A stretch of DNA of 64,000 bases from the IMG/VR virus record IMGVR_UViG_3300033072_000420, positions 4,961 to 68,960 of that record; one strand, given 5' to 3'. Below, in pieces: positions 18,325 through 28,361 of the stretch. The notes beneath the pieces are model-generated. The model did no database searches, was not told the origin of the DNA, and saw nothing but the letters and a program-made list of their open reading frames with translations. The translations under genes and the position numbers were made by a program. Position 1 is the first letter of the stretch, and each line of letters begins with the position of its first letter. Source of the stretch: a virus. Lineage: Duplodnaviria; Caudoviricetes.

Positions 18325-19395
18325 ATGTCTGAAACCCACACATTCGGCTTCCCGACGGAGGCCCAAGACAAGATCGGTGAAGCGCTTCGTGCGCAGCTCA
18401 ACGGCCAAGAGCTCGATGCTCGCGGGAATCCTGTGCTGCGTTCAGTTCGGCCTGAGCGTCAGCCTAAGATGCGCATGACCTCTTCTACAGTGGAAGGGAG
18501 CTTCGTTCAACCGGCGCCTGTGTCCAATGTCCAGCCGATGGGAGCACGGACTGCACCACTGGAAGCTGATCGAGTTGTCGTCGAGTTGCCACCCAGCACC
18601 CCCATCACGTCACCTGATGGCATCAGCATCGACCTGCCTTCCAAGTTCTTCTACTACCCGTTCAAGGATCTCTACATCAAGCCACTCCGGGTGCCCCAGC
18701 TTTCAAAGCTGGCAAAAGCTGATGAGACAGGCAGTCTGCAGACTCAGGTAGAGGCTATCAGTTCAGTTCTCTTCACCTCAACCGGTGAGACGGACATCGG
18801 GTTCAAGCTCACCACTGCAGACTACAACGCCGTTCTGTATTGGCTACGGCTCACGTCGTATTCTAAGCCGACTATGCGTGTCAAGTCTCTCTGCAAGAAC
18901 CCCGAACACCACAAGCAGGTCAAGGCCGGGCTGAAGGCACGTGACACCTTGCTCATCGAGACGGTCTACACGAAGTCTGACCTGAAGTACGACTACCTCG
19001 ATCAGGCCCCAGACCCTGCCGTTTACCAGATCACCTTGGATGTTAAGGGGTCGAAGGAAGTGGTTACGCTCCGCCCCGAGACGATGGCTGAGACCATTCA
19101 GTTCCTGGACCACCCTAAGTGGGCGGATGAAGAGTTTGCCTATATGTCGAAGATCGCGGCCACCCTAGGGAATGTTGAGGTGCTGACTGGCACCCGCTGG
19201 ACCTGGGACCAGCGCATCCAACTTGTGGAGCAGATCTTGACGCCAGATCAGGCGGTCCTGTGTACTCAATTCGCGGAAATCATGGACAGCTATGGCGTTC
19301 GTGAGAAGATCAGCGTTCATTGCAAGGAGTGTGGGTACAAGGGTGACGACGTTGTCACCTGCGACCCACAGACATTTCTTGCCCCGAGTTTCTGA
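18325..19395 (+). CDS. Tail/baseplate assembly chaperone (T4 gp26-like, gpG-equivalent)
   Basis: IDLPS, YLRLTSY-type core, C-terminal CKECG zinc motif; upstream of the tape-measure-like gene. Confidence 0.62.
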   Translation: MSETHTFGFPTEAQDKIGEALRAQLNGQELDARGNPVLRSVRPERQPKMRMTSSTVEGSFVQPAPVSNVQPMGARTAPLEADRVVVELPPSTPITSPDGISIDLPSKFFYYPFKDLYIKPLRVPQLSKLAKADETGSLQTQVEAISSVLFTSTGETDIGFKLTTADYNAVLYWLRLTSYSKPTMRVKSLCKNPEHHKQVKAGLKARDTLLIETVYTKSDLKYDYLDQAPDPAVYQITLDVKGSKEVVTLRPETMAETIQFLDHPKWADEEFAYMSKIAATLGNVEVLTGTRWTWDQRIQLVEQILTPDQAVLCTQFAEIMDSYGVREKISVHCKECGYKGDDVVTCDPQTFLAPSF

Positions 19396-19558
19396 GGAAG
19401 ACATCCTTCAGAGACAGACGGCCATAGCGCAAGAGTTCCACATATACGATGAGGACATGCCAACCTCGCGCTTATTCTTCATGAGTGACAAGGTGTCTCA
19501 CATATGGAAGACTAAGGCGAAGGCCATAGAGGAAGGCAAAATCTACGTCGGTGGATAG
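19292..19558 (+). CDS. Chaperone C-terminal (gpT/gp51-like) ORF, probably reached by frameshift near 19375-19386
   Basis: +1 frame relative to 18325..19395; SEEDILQRQTAIAQEFHIYDEDMP resembles gpE'/gp51-type modules; no good independent start. Confidence 0.55.
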   Translation: MAFVRRSAFIARSVGTRVTTLSPATHRHFLPRVSEEDILQRQTAIAQEFHIYDEDMPTSRLFFMSDKVSHIWKTKAKAIEEGKIYVGG

Positions 19559-19575
19559 CAATCTAGGAAGCACCC

Positions 19576-21138
19576 ATGGCAAAGAAGTATTCAGCTGACG
19601 AGGCGGCTAAGAAGGCTGCCAAGCAGTATGCCTCAGTAACGGTTGAGGATATCGACTTCCGGGATCTCAAGGAAGAAGACAAGAAGAAACTGGCCCGTGA
19701 GAAGGTCAGACAAAACACTGCGGTCAAGAAAATGGGTGGCACCATCGTCAAGAACGAACAGGTGAAAACCCGCGCGCTTGAGAAAGCGTCAGCTGACTAC
19801 GATCGCCGGGCACGCGAGGTTGAAGCCGCACTCAATCGTACCCCCATCACCCTTGACGAGGATGAGTGGACTCTTGACGGTGCTGTAGACGCATTTGAAG
19901 ACGCAGTGTACGGCGGTGAGGTTGACGAAGCTCGGGCCCTAGACACCCTGATACAGAGCCTTCTGTCTTCGTCACCTAACACTAGGGATACCCGTGCAGC
20001 TCGGGGCCGCTACCTTGCGGTCCGTAAGCGGTATATCGACATGTACGTGTCGGATCGAGTCAAGAGGGGGGTAAAGCGATTCGGCGCCCTGGTCGGTAAG
20101 GCCAGCGACATGACGATAGGTGCCGCTGGTCGTGCTCTGGCCCCTGTAGGACGTGGGATAGGCCGGGTGGCTGGCGTCGGTGGCGCTATGATGCAGCGGA
20201 TCCAACAGTCTGCTCCATATCAGGTCGGCGGATATTTCGCTCGTCGCATTTCAGATACCGCAGGACTAGCAGCTCAGCTGGGTCGAGCTACGGGTGCCAA
20301 GGCACACGACGTCTACAAGTGGCTTGGCGAGCAGGTCAAGAGCATGAAGTACAGCCTGATGTCGTTCCTCCATCGGGCACGCAGCGCAGCTTCAGGGGCC
20401 GGGCGGGGTGCGGAGAGCCTGCTCGGTATGGGGGTCATCATGTCCCAGTTGCTTGCCCCACTGTTGTCCGGTATAGACAAGGCGCTTACTGAGAAATTCG
20501 GTGAGCACTACATCAGGGACTTCATCGACAGCGCGATTACGACAGTGAAGGATGCCATTGTCGGAAAGCTCAAGGATCTTGGGGAAGGCGTTTGGGAATG
20601 GGTCAAGGAGAAGGCTGATGCCATATGGTCTGACATCAAGCGCCGATTCGGACCTGAGCCTGTGGTCACCAAGGAAGAGGTTAAGAGCAGCATCGAGAAG
20701 GCCCGGGTTGAACTGCAAAAGACCAACCCTAAGAAGATGGGTGCCCAAGAAGCTTTGCGTCAGCGTGACGTGGATGCTTACTTGCGTGTCCTTGCTGATC
20801 CGAAGGAAGATGCGGCTACGAAGGAAAGTGCTAGACAAGCTATTCAGGGGCACATCGACGCTGGGGTCAAGCTCAACACCAACACGGTTAGTCAGCTGAA
20901 GAAGTACAACTTCGATACGAGCAAGCTCACCGTTAATCAGCCAGCCCCAACCGCCTCGCAAGCTCCAATGGAGGCAGCGCCTCCAGCTGCCAAGAAGCCA
21001 GTCCCCACCTCAAGTTCTGCAGGTCCAGTTTCGGACGCAAGCGGCAACACGACTGGAGGCGGGCTCACTGCAAGTAACATACCCAATCACGCTGGACCGG
21101 AAGGTCTGCTGATTGTTAACGCCGGTGTACAGATGTAA
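19576..21138 (+). CDS. Tape-measure/hub-like helical protein
   Basis: 520 aa, Ala/Gly/Lys-rich helical, W-spaced repeats (EGVWEWVKEKADAIW), follows the chaperone pair. Confidence 0.5.
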   Translation: MAKKYSADEAAKKAAKQYASVTVEDIDFRDLKEEDKKKLAREKVRQNTAVKKMGGTIVKNEQVKTRALEKASADYDRRAREVEAALNRTPITLDEDEWTLDGAVDAFEDAVYGGEVDEARALDTLIQSLLSSSPNTRDTRAARGRYLAVRKRYIDMYVSDRVKRGVKRFGALVGKASDMTIGAAGRALAPVGRGIGRVAGVGGAMMQRIQQSAPYQVGGYFARRISDTAGLAAQLGRATGAKAHDVYKWLGEQVKSMKYSLMSFLHRARSAASGAGRGAESLLGMGVIMSQLLAPLLSGIDKALTEKFGEHYIRDFIDSAITTVKDAIVGKLKDLGEGVWEWVKEKADAIWSDIKRRFGPEPVVTKEEVKSSIEKARVELQKTNPKKMGAQEALRQRDVDAYLRVLADPKEDAATKESARQAIQGHIDAGVKLNTNTVSQLKKYNFDTSKLTVNQPAPTASQAPMEAAPPAAKKPVPTSSSAGPVSDASGNTTGGGLTASNIPNHAGPEGLLIVNAGVQM

Positions 21139-22742
21139 TGAACATAACGAGCGCAGCTCGCTGGGTTACTACGGCGGGCGAATTTACCGAAGCTTCTGCA
21201 ATAACGAGTGGGCTGGGTTTCATCCTAGCCCGTGGTCAGGTTGAAGAGGTTGTCGAAGGCCGTCCCAAACAACTGAAGCCTCGAGACCTCCGTGTCTTCA
21301 AGGGGTTTGCCAGCAAGCTGCGTCACCTCACGGCCGATCTCATGAGGAACGGCAAGGCTAAGTTCGAGCCTGATGCTGCTGAGTCGTTTTCCCTGAAGGA
21401 GATGGCTGGCATGCTCTTCGCAGCTGTCCCAGTTGTCGCCGGAGGCTTGGCAACCATAGCAGGCACGCTGGGAACCATCTTAATGGGTGGGCTCCGCATC
21501 CTGTTTTCACGCGTGACAACGATCCTTGTCGATGCCACGTTCATGGTGTTGTCACGTGTCATACGTATTCCCTATCTGTTTCCTGCTCTCCTGGTAGGTG
21601 GTGCACTAGCGGGTGGATATCTGTATTGGAAGTACCGGAAGCCCGGTAGTCTCACCGTTGACTTCGACCGTATGTGGCATGACTTCATGGGTGAAGAAAA
21701 GACTCCGGGGACTAGCACTGCACCCGCTACCTACCCGAAAGGGCAGATGCTTGAGGTTCCACATGCTGGAGAAGTTGCTATCCCAGCAGGTGCTTCCAAA
21801 GGGCTGCAGATAAACAATCCGGGGAACATAGAGTACCGCGGACAGACTGGAGCCTACAAACGAGAAGGGTCTCGGTTCGCGGGATTCACGAGTCAAGCCG
21901 AGGGCCTCTACCAGATTGGGCGTCAACTTGAGTTGTACGACAGCCGTGGGATCAACACCGTTCGGCTGATCGCCAGCAAGTATGCACCCGCCCATGAGAA
22001 CGACACCAAGAGCTACATACGAGACGTGAGTGGATGGCTTGGAGTTGATCCTGATGAGAAGCTACCTATGGACGACCCGGCATTCGTAGCTCGCTTCATA
22101 GCAGCGATTGTCCGTCGAGAAAGTGGGCGAGCCCCGTATACCGACGCTCAGTACGCGGAGGCTGCAGTTCGCGCTGTCAATTTCAGGCGTCGTGGCTACT
22201 CGGATGAGGCAACTGCAGCGAACTCAACGGACCCGGCCCCACGGTCAGGCACAACCACGCTCACGATGCCAACAACCGGCACACTGACTTCACCATACGG
22301 AGAACGGGTCCACCCGAAGGATCGTGTCCTCCGCATGCACCACGGCATAGACATTGCCGCTCCTGCGGGTACCGATATCTACGCGGCTACTGGTGGCAAG
22401 ATCGTTCGCGCTGGTGTCAATGGGGGCTACGGGAACTTCATCGAGTTGAGCGATGGAACTATCATCACACGATATGGTCACTTGAAGTCCATAGGGGTGC
22501 GGACTGGGGACACTGTTGCTCAAGGCCAAGTCATCGGAAAGATGGGTAGCACTGGCATTAGCACTGGGCCTCACCTGCACTTTGAAGTTCAGCCAGTGAG
22601 TGCTAGTGCGCCGGTTGACCCAGCGACCTACCTGGAGTTGGGAAAGCTGGCCGTGAAGGGCACGAGTCCGGGAACTGCGTACACTGGCACTGACTTCGAT
22701 TACATCAACAAGGGTGGCACCATCATGAGGGTCAAGAAATGA
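21138..22742 (+). CDS. Tail-associated peptidoglycan hydrolase: TM region + lysozyme-like domain + M23 peptidase
   Basis: Hydrophobic 95-165; NNPGNI...YAP..ENDT lysozyme-like motif; M23 HxxxD (HHGID) and HxH (PHLHFEV). Confidence 0.82.
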   Translation: MNITSAARWVTTAGEFTEASAITSGLGFILARGQVEEVVEGRPKQLKPRDLRVFKGFASKLRHLTADLMRNGKAKFEPDAAESFSLKEMAGMLFAAVPVVAGGLATIAGTLGTILMGGLRILFSRVTTILVDATFMVLSRVIRIPYLFPALLVGGALAGGYLYWKYRKPGSLTVDFDRMWHDFMGEEKTPGTSTAPATYPKGQMLEVPHAGEVAIPAGASKGLQINNPGNIEYRGQTGAYKREGSRFAGFTSQAEGLYQIGRQLELYDSRGINTVRLIASKYAPAHENDTKSYIRDVSGWLGVDPDEKLPMDDPAFVARFIAAIVRRESGRAPYTDAQYAEAAVRAVNFRRRGYSDEATAANSTDPAPRSGTTTLTMPTTGTLTSPYGERVHPKDRVLRMHHGIDIAAPAGTDIYAATGGKIVRAGVNGGYGNFIELSDGTIITRYGHLKSIGVRTGDTVAQGQVIGKMGSTGISTGPHLHFEVQPVSASAPVDPATYLELGKLAVKGTSPGTAYTGTDFDYINKGGTIMRVKK

Positions 22743-23644
22743 GCCTATCCGACTTTTGGACAAACACGAAGAACTCGCTGGCAGGTTCTGTTGGCAGTTC
22801 ACTTGACGCGAAGTCCTCGTACATAGCGGGATCCGTTTCGACAGATCCATACCTACAGAATCGCAAATACACGGTTGTCATTAGCCAGAACCTGGAGAAG
22901 GAAACTCTGGTTGTTGTGGGGGCCGTACCGAAAGATTTCCAGTTCGATCAGCGTTCCAAGTGGTCCTCCCCTTGGGGTGCAGGCATACTGGGTTCCGGTA
23001 TGGCGGGTGACCTGCTTGCCCTCACGACAGGTAACCGACTGGTCGCGCAGTCTATGAGCCTGAAGGTTTGGCAAGGCACTGCCGATGATACTTCATTCAC
23101 CGTGGACTTCGACCTAATAGCCTATTCGAGTACTGACAACGACGTCATGCAGCCTCTGCGCAGTCTCATGCGTATGGTTGTGCCGTCAATCGATACCAAC
23201 GGATTCTTGAAGTCCCCAGGTGCAATCCTGGATAGTGCAGCCATGGAAGAGATCGGTCAGAAGCTGGTGTCTTTCGCATCAGCCACGACTGGGGCTGTGG
23301 CGAAGTCTGCAACCAACATGCTGAACGGTGATACTGGCATTGTGACCGGCGTCCAGCAAGTCGGTAGCAGCACAGCCAAGGCCCTTGGGGACTCCAAGTT
23401 GACGCGCAAGGAGTTCCTCGAGAAGTACATGAAGAACATCATCCAGGTTGACGTCGGCGACTGGTTCACATTGAAGAACGTGGCCATCACGGACGTTAGC
23501 TACACGTTCCACGCACAGCAGCCTGGACCTAGGGGTGGATTGATGAGTGCAAGTGTTCGGGTCACATTCGAACCCATGTTCACCATCACTGCTGAAGACA
23601 TTGAGAAGCTCATCAGCAGCCGACCAGTTGGGAGCGGACAATGA
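22739..23644 (+). CDS. Baseplate/tube-initiator protein (T4 gp48/gp54-like)
   Basis: FTVDFDLIAY, VAITDVSYTF, ASVRVTFE pattern; position in the baseplate block. Confidence 0.55.
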   Translation: MSLSDFWTNTKNSLAGSVGSSLDAKSSYIAGSVSTDPYLQNRKYTVVISQNLEKETLVVVGAVPKDFQFDQRSKWSSPWGAGILGSGMAGDLLALTTGNRLVAQSMSLKVWQGTADDTSFTVDFDLIAYSSTDNDVMQPLRSLMRMVVPSIDTNGFLKSPGAILDSAAMEEIGQKLVSFASATTGAVAKSATNMLNGDTGIVTGVQQVGSSTAKALGDSKLTRKEFLEKYMKNIIQVDVGDWFTLKNVAITDVSYTFHAQQPGPRGGLMSASVRVTFEPMFTITAEDIEKLISSRPVGSGQ

Positions 23645-23976
23645 AAAAGTACAGTGACGTCACACCGACGATTCAGCTCCTGGATGGGAGCTACGATCTC
23701 GATCACCTCTCTAGCAGCTACACGAACATACGCTTCGGGGTGTCGGTCACGCGGCTGTTCACCATTAACTCGAAGTACGCTGCGAACCTCCCCGGCCTAG
23801 CGTATGACGTCTACGGGAACATGGAGTACTGGAGAGGCATCCTGGCCTTCAACGGTCTACAGGATCCGATCTCAGACATCCAAGTTGGCACCGTGATAGG
23901 GCTCCCTGACGATGCGGAGCTCCAGGCTTACCTTGCAGCCACCAACCAGAACATCTCCGTCACCCTGGTCATCTAA
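23641..23976 (+). CDS. LysM-like baseplate wedge protein (gp53/tail X-like)
   Basis: LAYDVYGNMEYWRGILAFNGLQDPISDIQVGTVIGLP. Confidence 0.75.
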   Translation: MKKYSDVTPTIQLLDGSYDLDHLSSSYTNIRFGVSVTRLFTINSKYAANLPGLAYDVYGNMEYWRGILAFNGLQDPISDIQVGTVIGLPDDAELQAYLAATNQNISVTLVI

Positions 23977-23978
23977 CC

Positions 23979-25076
23979 ATGTACAAGATAAACGATCAAG
24001 TAGAGGCGGGCATCTACCTGGATGACAAGGAGTTTGTGGTCACGGCCGGGAACTTCGTTCAGTCGATCCACATGGCAGCACACGCCATCTATTCGGTGCC
24101 CGTCATAACCGTCAATCTGATTGACGTTGTAGGGATCATCCCTCAACTGAAGCTGAACGACGGTAGTGTGTTGAGGTTCTCGGTGAAGGCCAGCAGCCTT
24201 AACATAGACCGCACATTCCGTGTGTACTCTTGGCCGCGCCAGCCAGCAGGTAACGGGTTCGCCTACGCTATCACCGGATATCTGGATGCACCGAAGTTCT
24301 TTATTGGTACGACCAGTAAGACCATCCGTGGTTCTTCCTCGGAGGCCCTGAAATCCATAGCCTCCTCGTGTGGGCTGGACTACTCCAAGGACAACACCGC
24401 AACTGCGGACACCATGGTATGGACACCGGGGAACAGCACTTACGCCGAGTTCGCAAAGGAGATCAGTCGGTACGGGTACGTTGACCAGAACTCCTACATG
24501 GGTTTTGGTATCGACTCGCTTGGTACGATGAGGTACCGGAATCTGGCTGCACTACCCGCACCGAAGTACTCAGTGTCTCAGGTGGCTTCAGGTAGCGACA
24601 TGCTTCAGCTGATGGACTTCAAGGCCATCGCCTCCTCTGGCATGAACAACATGCTGACCGGGTATTCACACACGCGGGTCGTCCAGTCAGCTGACACACA
24701 GCAGCAATACGATCAGCTCAGCCAAGTCAGTGTCGACACTGGAGTCTCGACTCCTCTGTTGAACACTGGAGTGCGATCGGCTATTGAGAGAGGTGGGGTT
24801 AGCTTCTCACCCATCGACTTCGGTAACGTGCACGCCAACTACGAGCAGGCTCGGTATCAGAACGTTCGTATCTCACGTCTCAACAATCTGAGTGCCGAGT
24901 TCGTGTTTGGGTATGTGACCAACTTCGAGATGTTCGATACCTTCACGTATGTCAGCCCTCAGCAGCAAGGGCAGACCGGCTACGATGGGAAATACATCGT
25001 CACTGGAAAGGTTGTCTACGTGGCTGGGACGGCCTACTACGAAAAGCTGACTGCAGTAAGAATGGGGTTCTCCTGA
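23979..25076 (+). CDS. Baseplate hub protein (gp27/gpD-like)
   Basis: Between the LysM protein and spike; C-terminal YDGKYIVTGKV motif. Confidence 0.62.
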   Translation: MYKINDQVEAGIYLDDKEFVVTAGNFVQSIHMAAHAIYSVPVITVNLIDVVGIIPQLKLNDGSVLRFSVKASSLNIDRTFRVYSWPRQPAGNGFAYAITGYLDAPKFFIGTTSKTIRGSSSEALKSIASSCGLDYSKDNTATADTMVWTPGNSTYAEFAKEISRYGYVDQNSYMGFGIDSLGTMRYRNLAALPAPKYSVSQVASGSDMLQLMDFKAIASSGMNNMLTGYSHTRVVQSADTQQQYDQLSQVSVDTGVSTPLLNTGVRSAIERGGVSFSPIDFGNVHANYEQARYQNVRISRLNNLSAEFVFGYVTNFEMFDTFTYVSPQQQGQTGYDGKYIVTGKVVYVAGTAYYEKLTAVRMGFS

Positions 25077-25663
25077 TGTTCGATACTCTTAATGATGCCC
25101 TGAAGCTCACAGGGGAAAACCTTGAAGGCAAGTACATAGAGGCAGTGGTCACAGACAACAAGGATCCCCTGAACAAGAGCCGCATCCAAGTCGTGGTGCC
25201 TAATCTCTTCTCAGAAGAGGACGAGCGCCCATGGATCGGGCCCTTCAAGTGGTCACCGTTCGGCTTTGGCCCTTCGTGGGGATTCTATGGATCTCCTGCG
25301 GTCGGTTCAACCGTGATAATTTTATTCCAATCTGGCAACCGTCAATACCCGGTTTACATTGCTGGACTCCACAAAGTTGCGAACAGCAACTTCCCTTCCG
25401 GGACCTCGTGGGGGTTCCAGGACCCTGCTGGGAACATCGTTAAGTTCGACCTCGAAACAAAGGCCGCAGAGATTGTCTTCGCGGCAGGGGCTTCGATAAC
25501 AGTTGGTACTGACGGCTTCATGACCTTTAAGGCCAAGGGGTTCAAGTTCCTGGGAGACACGGATACTGAAGGTAGCCTGACCAACAACGGAGTGAACGTC
25601 GGATCCACGCATACCCACGGTGGTGTCGCGGCTGGCGGCTCACATACTTCTACACCAGATTAA
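25076..25663 (+). CDS. Baseplate central spike (gp5/gpV-like)
   Basis: OB-fold AVVTDNKDPLNKSRIQV ... PAVGSTVIILFQSGN; C-terminal HxH (STHTHGG) metal tip. Confidence 0.85.
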   Translation: MFDTLNDALKLTGENLEGKYIEAVVTDNKDPLNKSRIQVVVPNLFSEEDERPWIGPFKWSPFGFGPSWGFYGSPAVGSTVIILFQSGNRQYPVYIAGLHKVANSNFPSGTSWGFQDPAGNIVKFDLETKAAEIVFAAGASITVGTDGFMTFKAKGFKFLGDTDTEGSLTNNGVNVGSTHTHGGVAAGGSHTSTPD

Positions 25664-25665
25664 CC

Positions 25666-26082
25666 ATGGCAAAACCCACTAACGCACAGTTGTCTCTGCG
25701 GAACGCAAAGGTCGTTGACGTGAACCCCCAGTACACGATCGACAACCTACCTGATAGGTTGGCTGATGATCTGGCAGTCTTGAATTGCCAGCTCTACAAC
25801 CTCCTGCACTGCGCTCCCGGTCAACGGAGTCGGATCTTCGAGCCAACGTTTGGTAGTCTGTGGCTCAGTTTCATCCACGAGCCGCTGCTCGACATCACCG
25901 CCAAGAAGATGGAGATCTTCATGGTTCAGGCGATTGAGAAGTACATCCCAGATATCAAGCTGGACCTGTCCAACACGGCAATCGTAGCAGACACATCCAT
26001 ACCAGGATACATGGTTCGGCTGGCGTTCGCTACTCCTTACGCCGGGCGCATTCAGCTTGCCACCTTTGACATGAGCGTCTAA
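25666..26082 (+). CDS. Baseplate wedge gp25-like protein
   Basis: PGQRSRIFEPTFGS signature. Confidence 0.78.
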   Translation: MAKPTNAQLSLRNAKVVDVNPQYTIDNLPDRLADDLAVLNCQLYNLLHCAPGQRSRIFEPTFGSLWLSFIHEPLLDITAKKMEIFMVQAIEKYIPDIKLDLSNTAIVADTSIPGYMVRLAFATPYAGRIQLATFDMSV

Positions 26083-26084
26083 AC

Positions 26085-28349
26085 ATGACCATCGCCTTTT
26101 CATCTCAAATCCTGGAAGCGGCAACACTGGACACCGCGTATTCCTATCAGCTTTCAGTGAGCGGTGGGATTGCCCCCTATACGTTCGCACTCATCAGCGG
26201 TATCCTGCCCACCGGGTTGACCATGAACAGCTCGGGCCTGATCAGTGGAACCCCCACTCAGCTTGGTGCCTACACATTCATCGTCGAAGCTTCAGACTCC
26301 ACTTCCCCGACTGCCGCAACGGGTGTACAGACTTACACGATGACTGTGGTGGACATCATCAACCTGTCGTCGTTGTCTGTGGACCAGGTTCAGTTCGTCA
26401 CGCAATTCCAGAATGCTTTGGCTGGAACGAACACTTGGTCAACCGGCATCACGAGCTCTACCAGCCAGACGCTGATTGACCTGATCAGTGCAATTGGGAC
26501 CTTCATCACCGGTCGTCTGGTGCGGGTCAAGGAAGATGCATTCTCGAAGACTGCACAGTCGGACTCGGCCATATACGCGATTACCGACATGCTGGGTATC
26601 CGCTTGTCACGTAAGAGCCCTGCTCAGGTGACGGCCACCTTAGCCAACTCCAGCACCTCAACAGTCCTCATCCCGGCCTACACGCAAATGAGCGCTGGCG
26701 GGTACAAGTGGTTCAACCCGACGGCCATCACGCTTCCTCCGTCTTCTGTTCCAGTGACTGTGGTTCTCAAAGAGGGAACTGTCGTCACCTACTCAATCAA
26801 TGGGTTGGGAACAAACCATCAGGCATGGGTTTCCAATGAGTCGGGGTTTGAAGTCTCTGACCAAGACGTTCAGGTGACCCTGAACGGGGCCGTGCTCTAC
26901 AAAGCATTTGGGTTGTTGTGGAACTACCCGAACACGTCAACTCAGGGTAACGCTTTCGCTGACCGCACGACGCCCGATGGCCGACTGATGTTGCAGTTCG
27001 GTGCAGGCAGCTACGGGGCGGTTCCTGGCGTGAACGACGTTGTGGTCATCACGTATGCCACCACATCAGGGAGCGTCCTCAATACCCTGACCATGGCTGG
27101 AGCTAGTGTGTCCATCAGTTCTATGACGGGGGTTACTGGCGTAATCGTCAGTGATCCTTCTGGTGGAGCTGACCAGAAGACTTCAGTGGCCTACAAGAAT
27201 TTCAGCTCCGGGACATTTGGGACCTTCAGCAGTGCTGTCACGCCTTCGCAGTACAACTACATCGCCAACTCATATCCGTCAGTTGTCGATGCAGTTACGC
27301 AGCCGCAGCGGACTATCAACCCGTCTTCGTCCGCCTGGATGAACGTGACCCGAGTGAGTGCCCTCAGCCAAACACCGTGGACACAGCAGCAGATTACCGC
27401 CTACCTGGAGTTCCTCAACGCGCAAACCATGTATTCCACCCAGTTCCTCTGGCAAGAGCCTCAGGCTGTGTATCAGAACGTGGTGCTCTCCGTCTACTTC
27501 TTCAACAGTGTCGGGGATCTGAACACTGGGAAGGCAAACGTCACCAAGGCGATCACGAAGTTGTTCGCACCGCGCCCTGGTCTGCTGCGTACGGACTTCT
27601 TCCCGTCAGACCTCGATCAGGTCGCCAAGAATTCGTGCCCTGGTCAGATTAGCTATGTGACGGTTGACGCCCCTACCACTCCGATGATAGTGAGCACGCC
27701 TTCGAGCCCTCACGTCACGTATTCAATCGTACCTAGCGGTGGAAGCCTTCAGCCTAGCGTGTACTCGTACGCGGTGAGCGCAAACGCTCCGGCACCGAAC
27801 ACGAACTTCAAGGGACTGTTGGACGCGCGATACGCACCGTTCATACCGGTCGCCACGGCTGCAGGTCAGTACTGGATCGTTTCCTACACAGGGACCGTCA
27901 TTGACTCAACAACGAACCTGACGTACAACGTGACCGTCGGAGACCAACTGCTTGCCCTCGGGGCTGGTTCGGGTTACTCCAACTTCACGATATATCCGCA
28001 GTCATCTTCGTCGGCAGTTGACGTCGGGGTGCCAAGCAACTGGACTTTCCCACAAGTTACTGTTGGGAATAGCGTGATTACTTTGGACTGGTCCGCCGAT
28101 CAGACTACGAACGCCATCCAATACTTCGTGTGGGGCCGCACCGGCGACAACATCGGGATTCTAACTGCACTTGACGGAGCCACAACCCGGTTCATCGACG
28201 ATGGGACAGCCACCTACGCGCAGATCCCTATCACAGCAGTCTCGACTGTCCCCGTCCGCTACAATGCACTGCAGAGCTTGACCGTCAACGTGTTCTACGC
28301 CAACCGTCAGCAGAATGTGGTGTTCCCGGTGCGCGACACCCTGAACTGA
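26085..28349 (+). CDS. Baseplate wedge gp6/J-like protein with N-terminal Ig-like (He_PIG-type) domain
   Basis: YSYQLSVSGG.APYTF...LPTGL...GLISGTPT..GAYTF Ig repeat; LGIRLSRKSPA, QFG.G.YG, SGGADQ baseplate J motifs. Confidence 0.75.
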   Translation: MTIAFSSQILEAATLDTAYSYQLSVSGGIAPYTFALISGILPTGLTMNSSGLISGTPTQLGAYTFIVEASDSTSPTAATGVQTYTMTVVDIINLSSLSVDQVQFVTQFQNALAGTNTWSTGITSSTSQTLIDLISAIGTFITGRLVRVKEDAFSKTAQSDSAIYAITDMLGIRLSRKSPAQVTATLANSSTSTVLIPAYTQMSAGGYKWFNPTAITLPPSSVPVTVVLKEGTVVTYSINGLGTNHQAWVSNESGFEVSDQDVQVTLNGAVLYKAFGLLWNYPNTSTQGNAFADRTTPDGRLMLQFGAGSYGAVPGVNDVVVITYATTSGSVLNTLTMAGASVSISSMTGVTGVIVSDPSGGADQKTSVAYKNFSSGTFGTFSSAVTPSQYNYIANSYPSVVDAVTQPQRTINPSSSAWMNVTRVSALSQTPWTQQQITAYLEFLNAQTMYSTQFLWQEPQAVYQNVVLSVYFFNSVGDLNTGKANVTKAITKLFAPRPGLLRTDFFPSDLDQVAKNSCPGQISYVTVDAPTTPMIVSTPSSPHVTYSIVPSGGSLQPSVYSYAVSANAPAPNTNFKGLLDARYAPFIPVATAAGQYWIVSYTGTVIDSTTNLTYNVTVGDQLLALGAGSGYSNFTIYPQSSSSAVDVGVPSNWTFPQVTVGNSVITLDWSADQTTNAIQYFVWGRTGDNIGILTALDGATTRFIDDGTATYAQIPITAVSTVPVRYNALQSLTVNVFYANRQQNVVFPVRDTLN

Positions 28350-28361
28350 GGAGCATAACGC

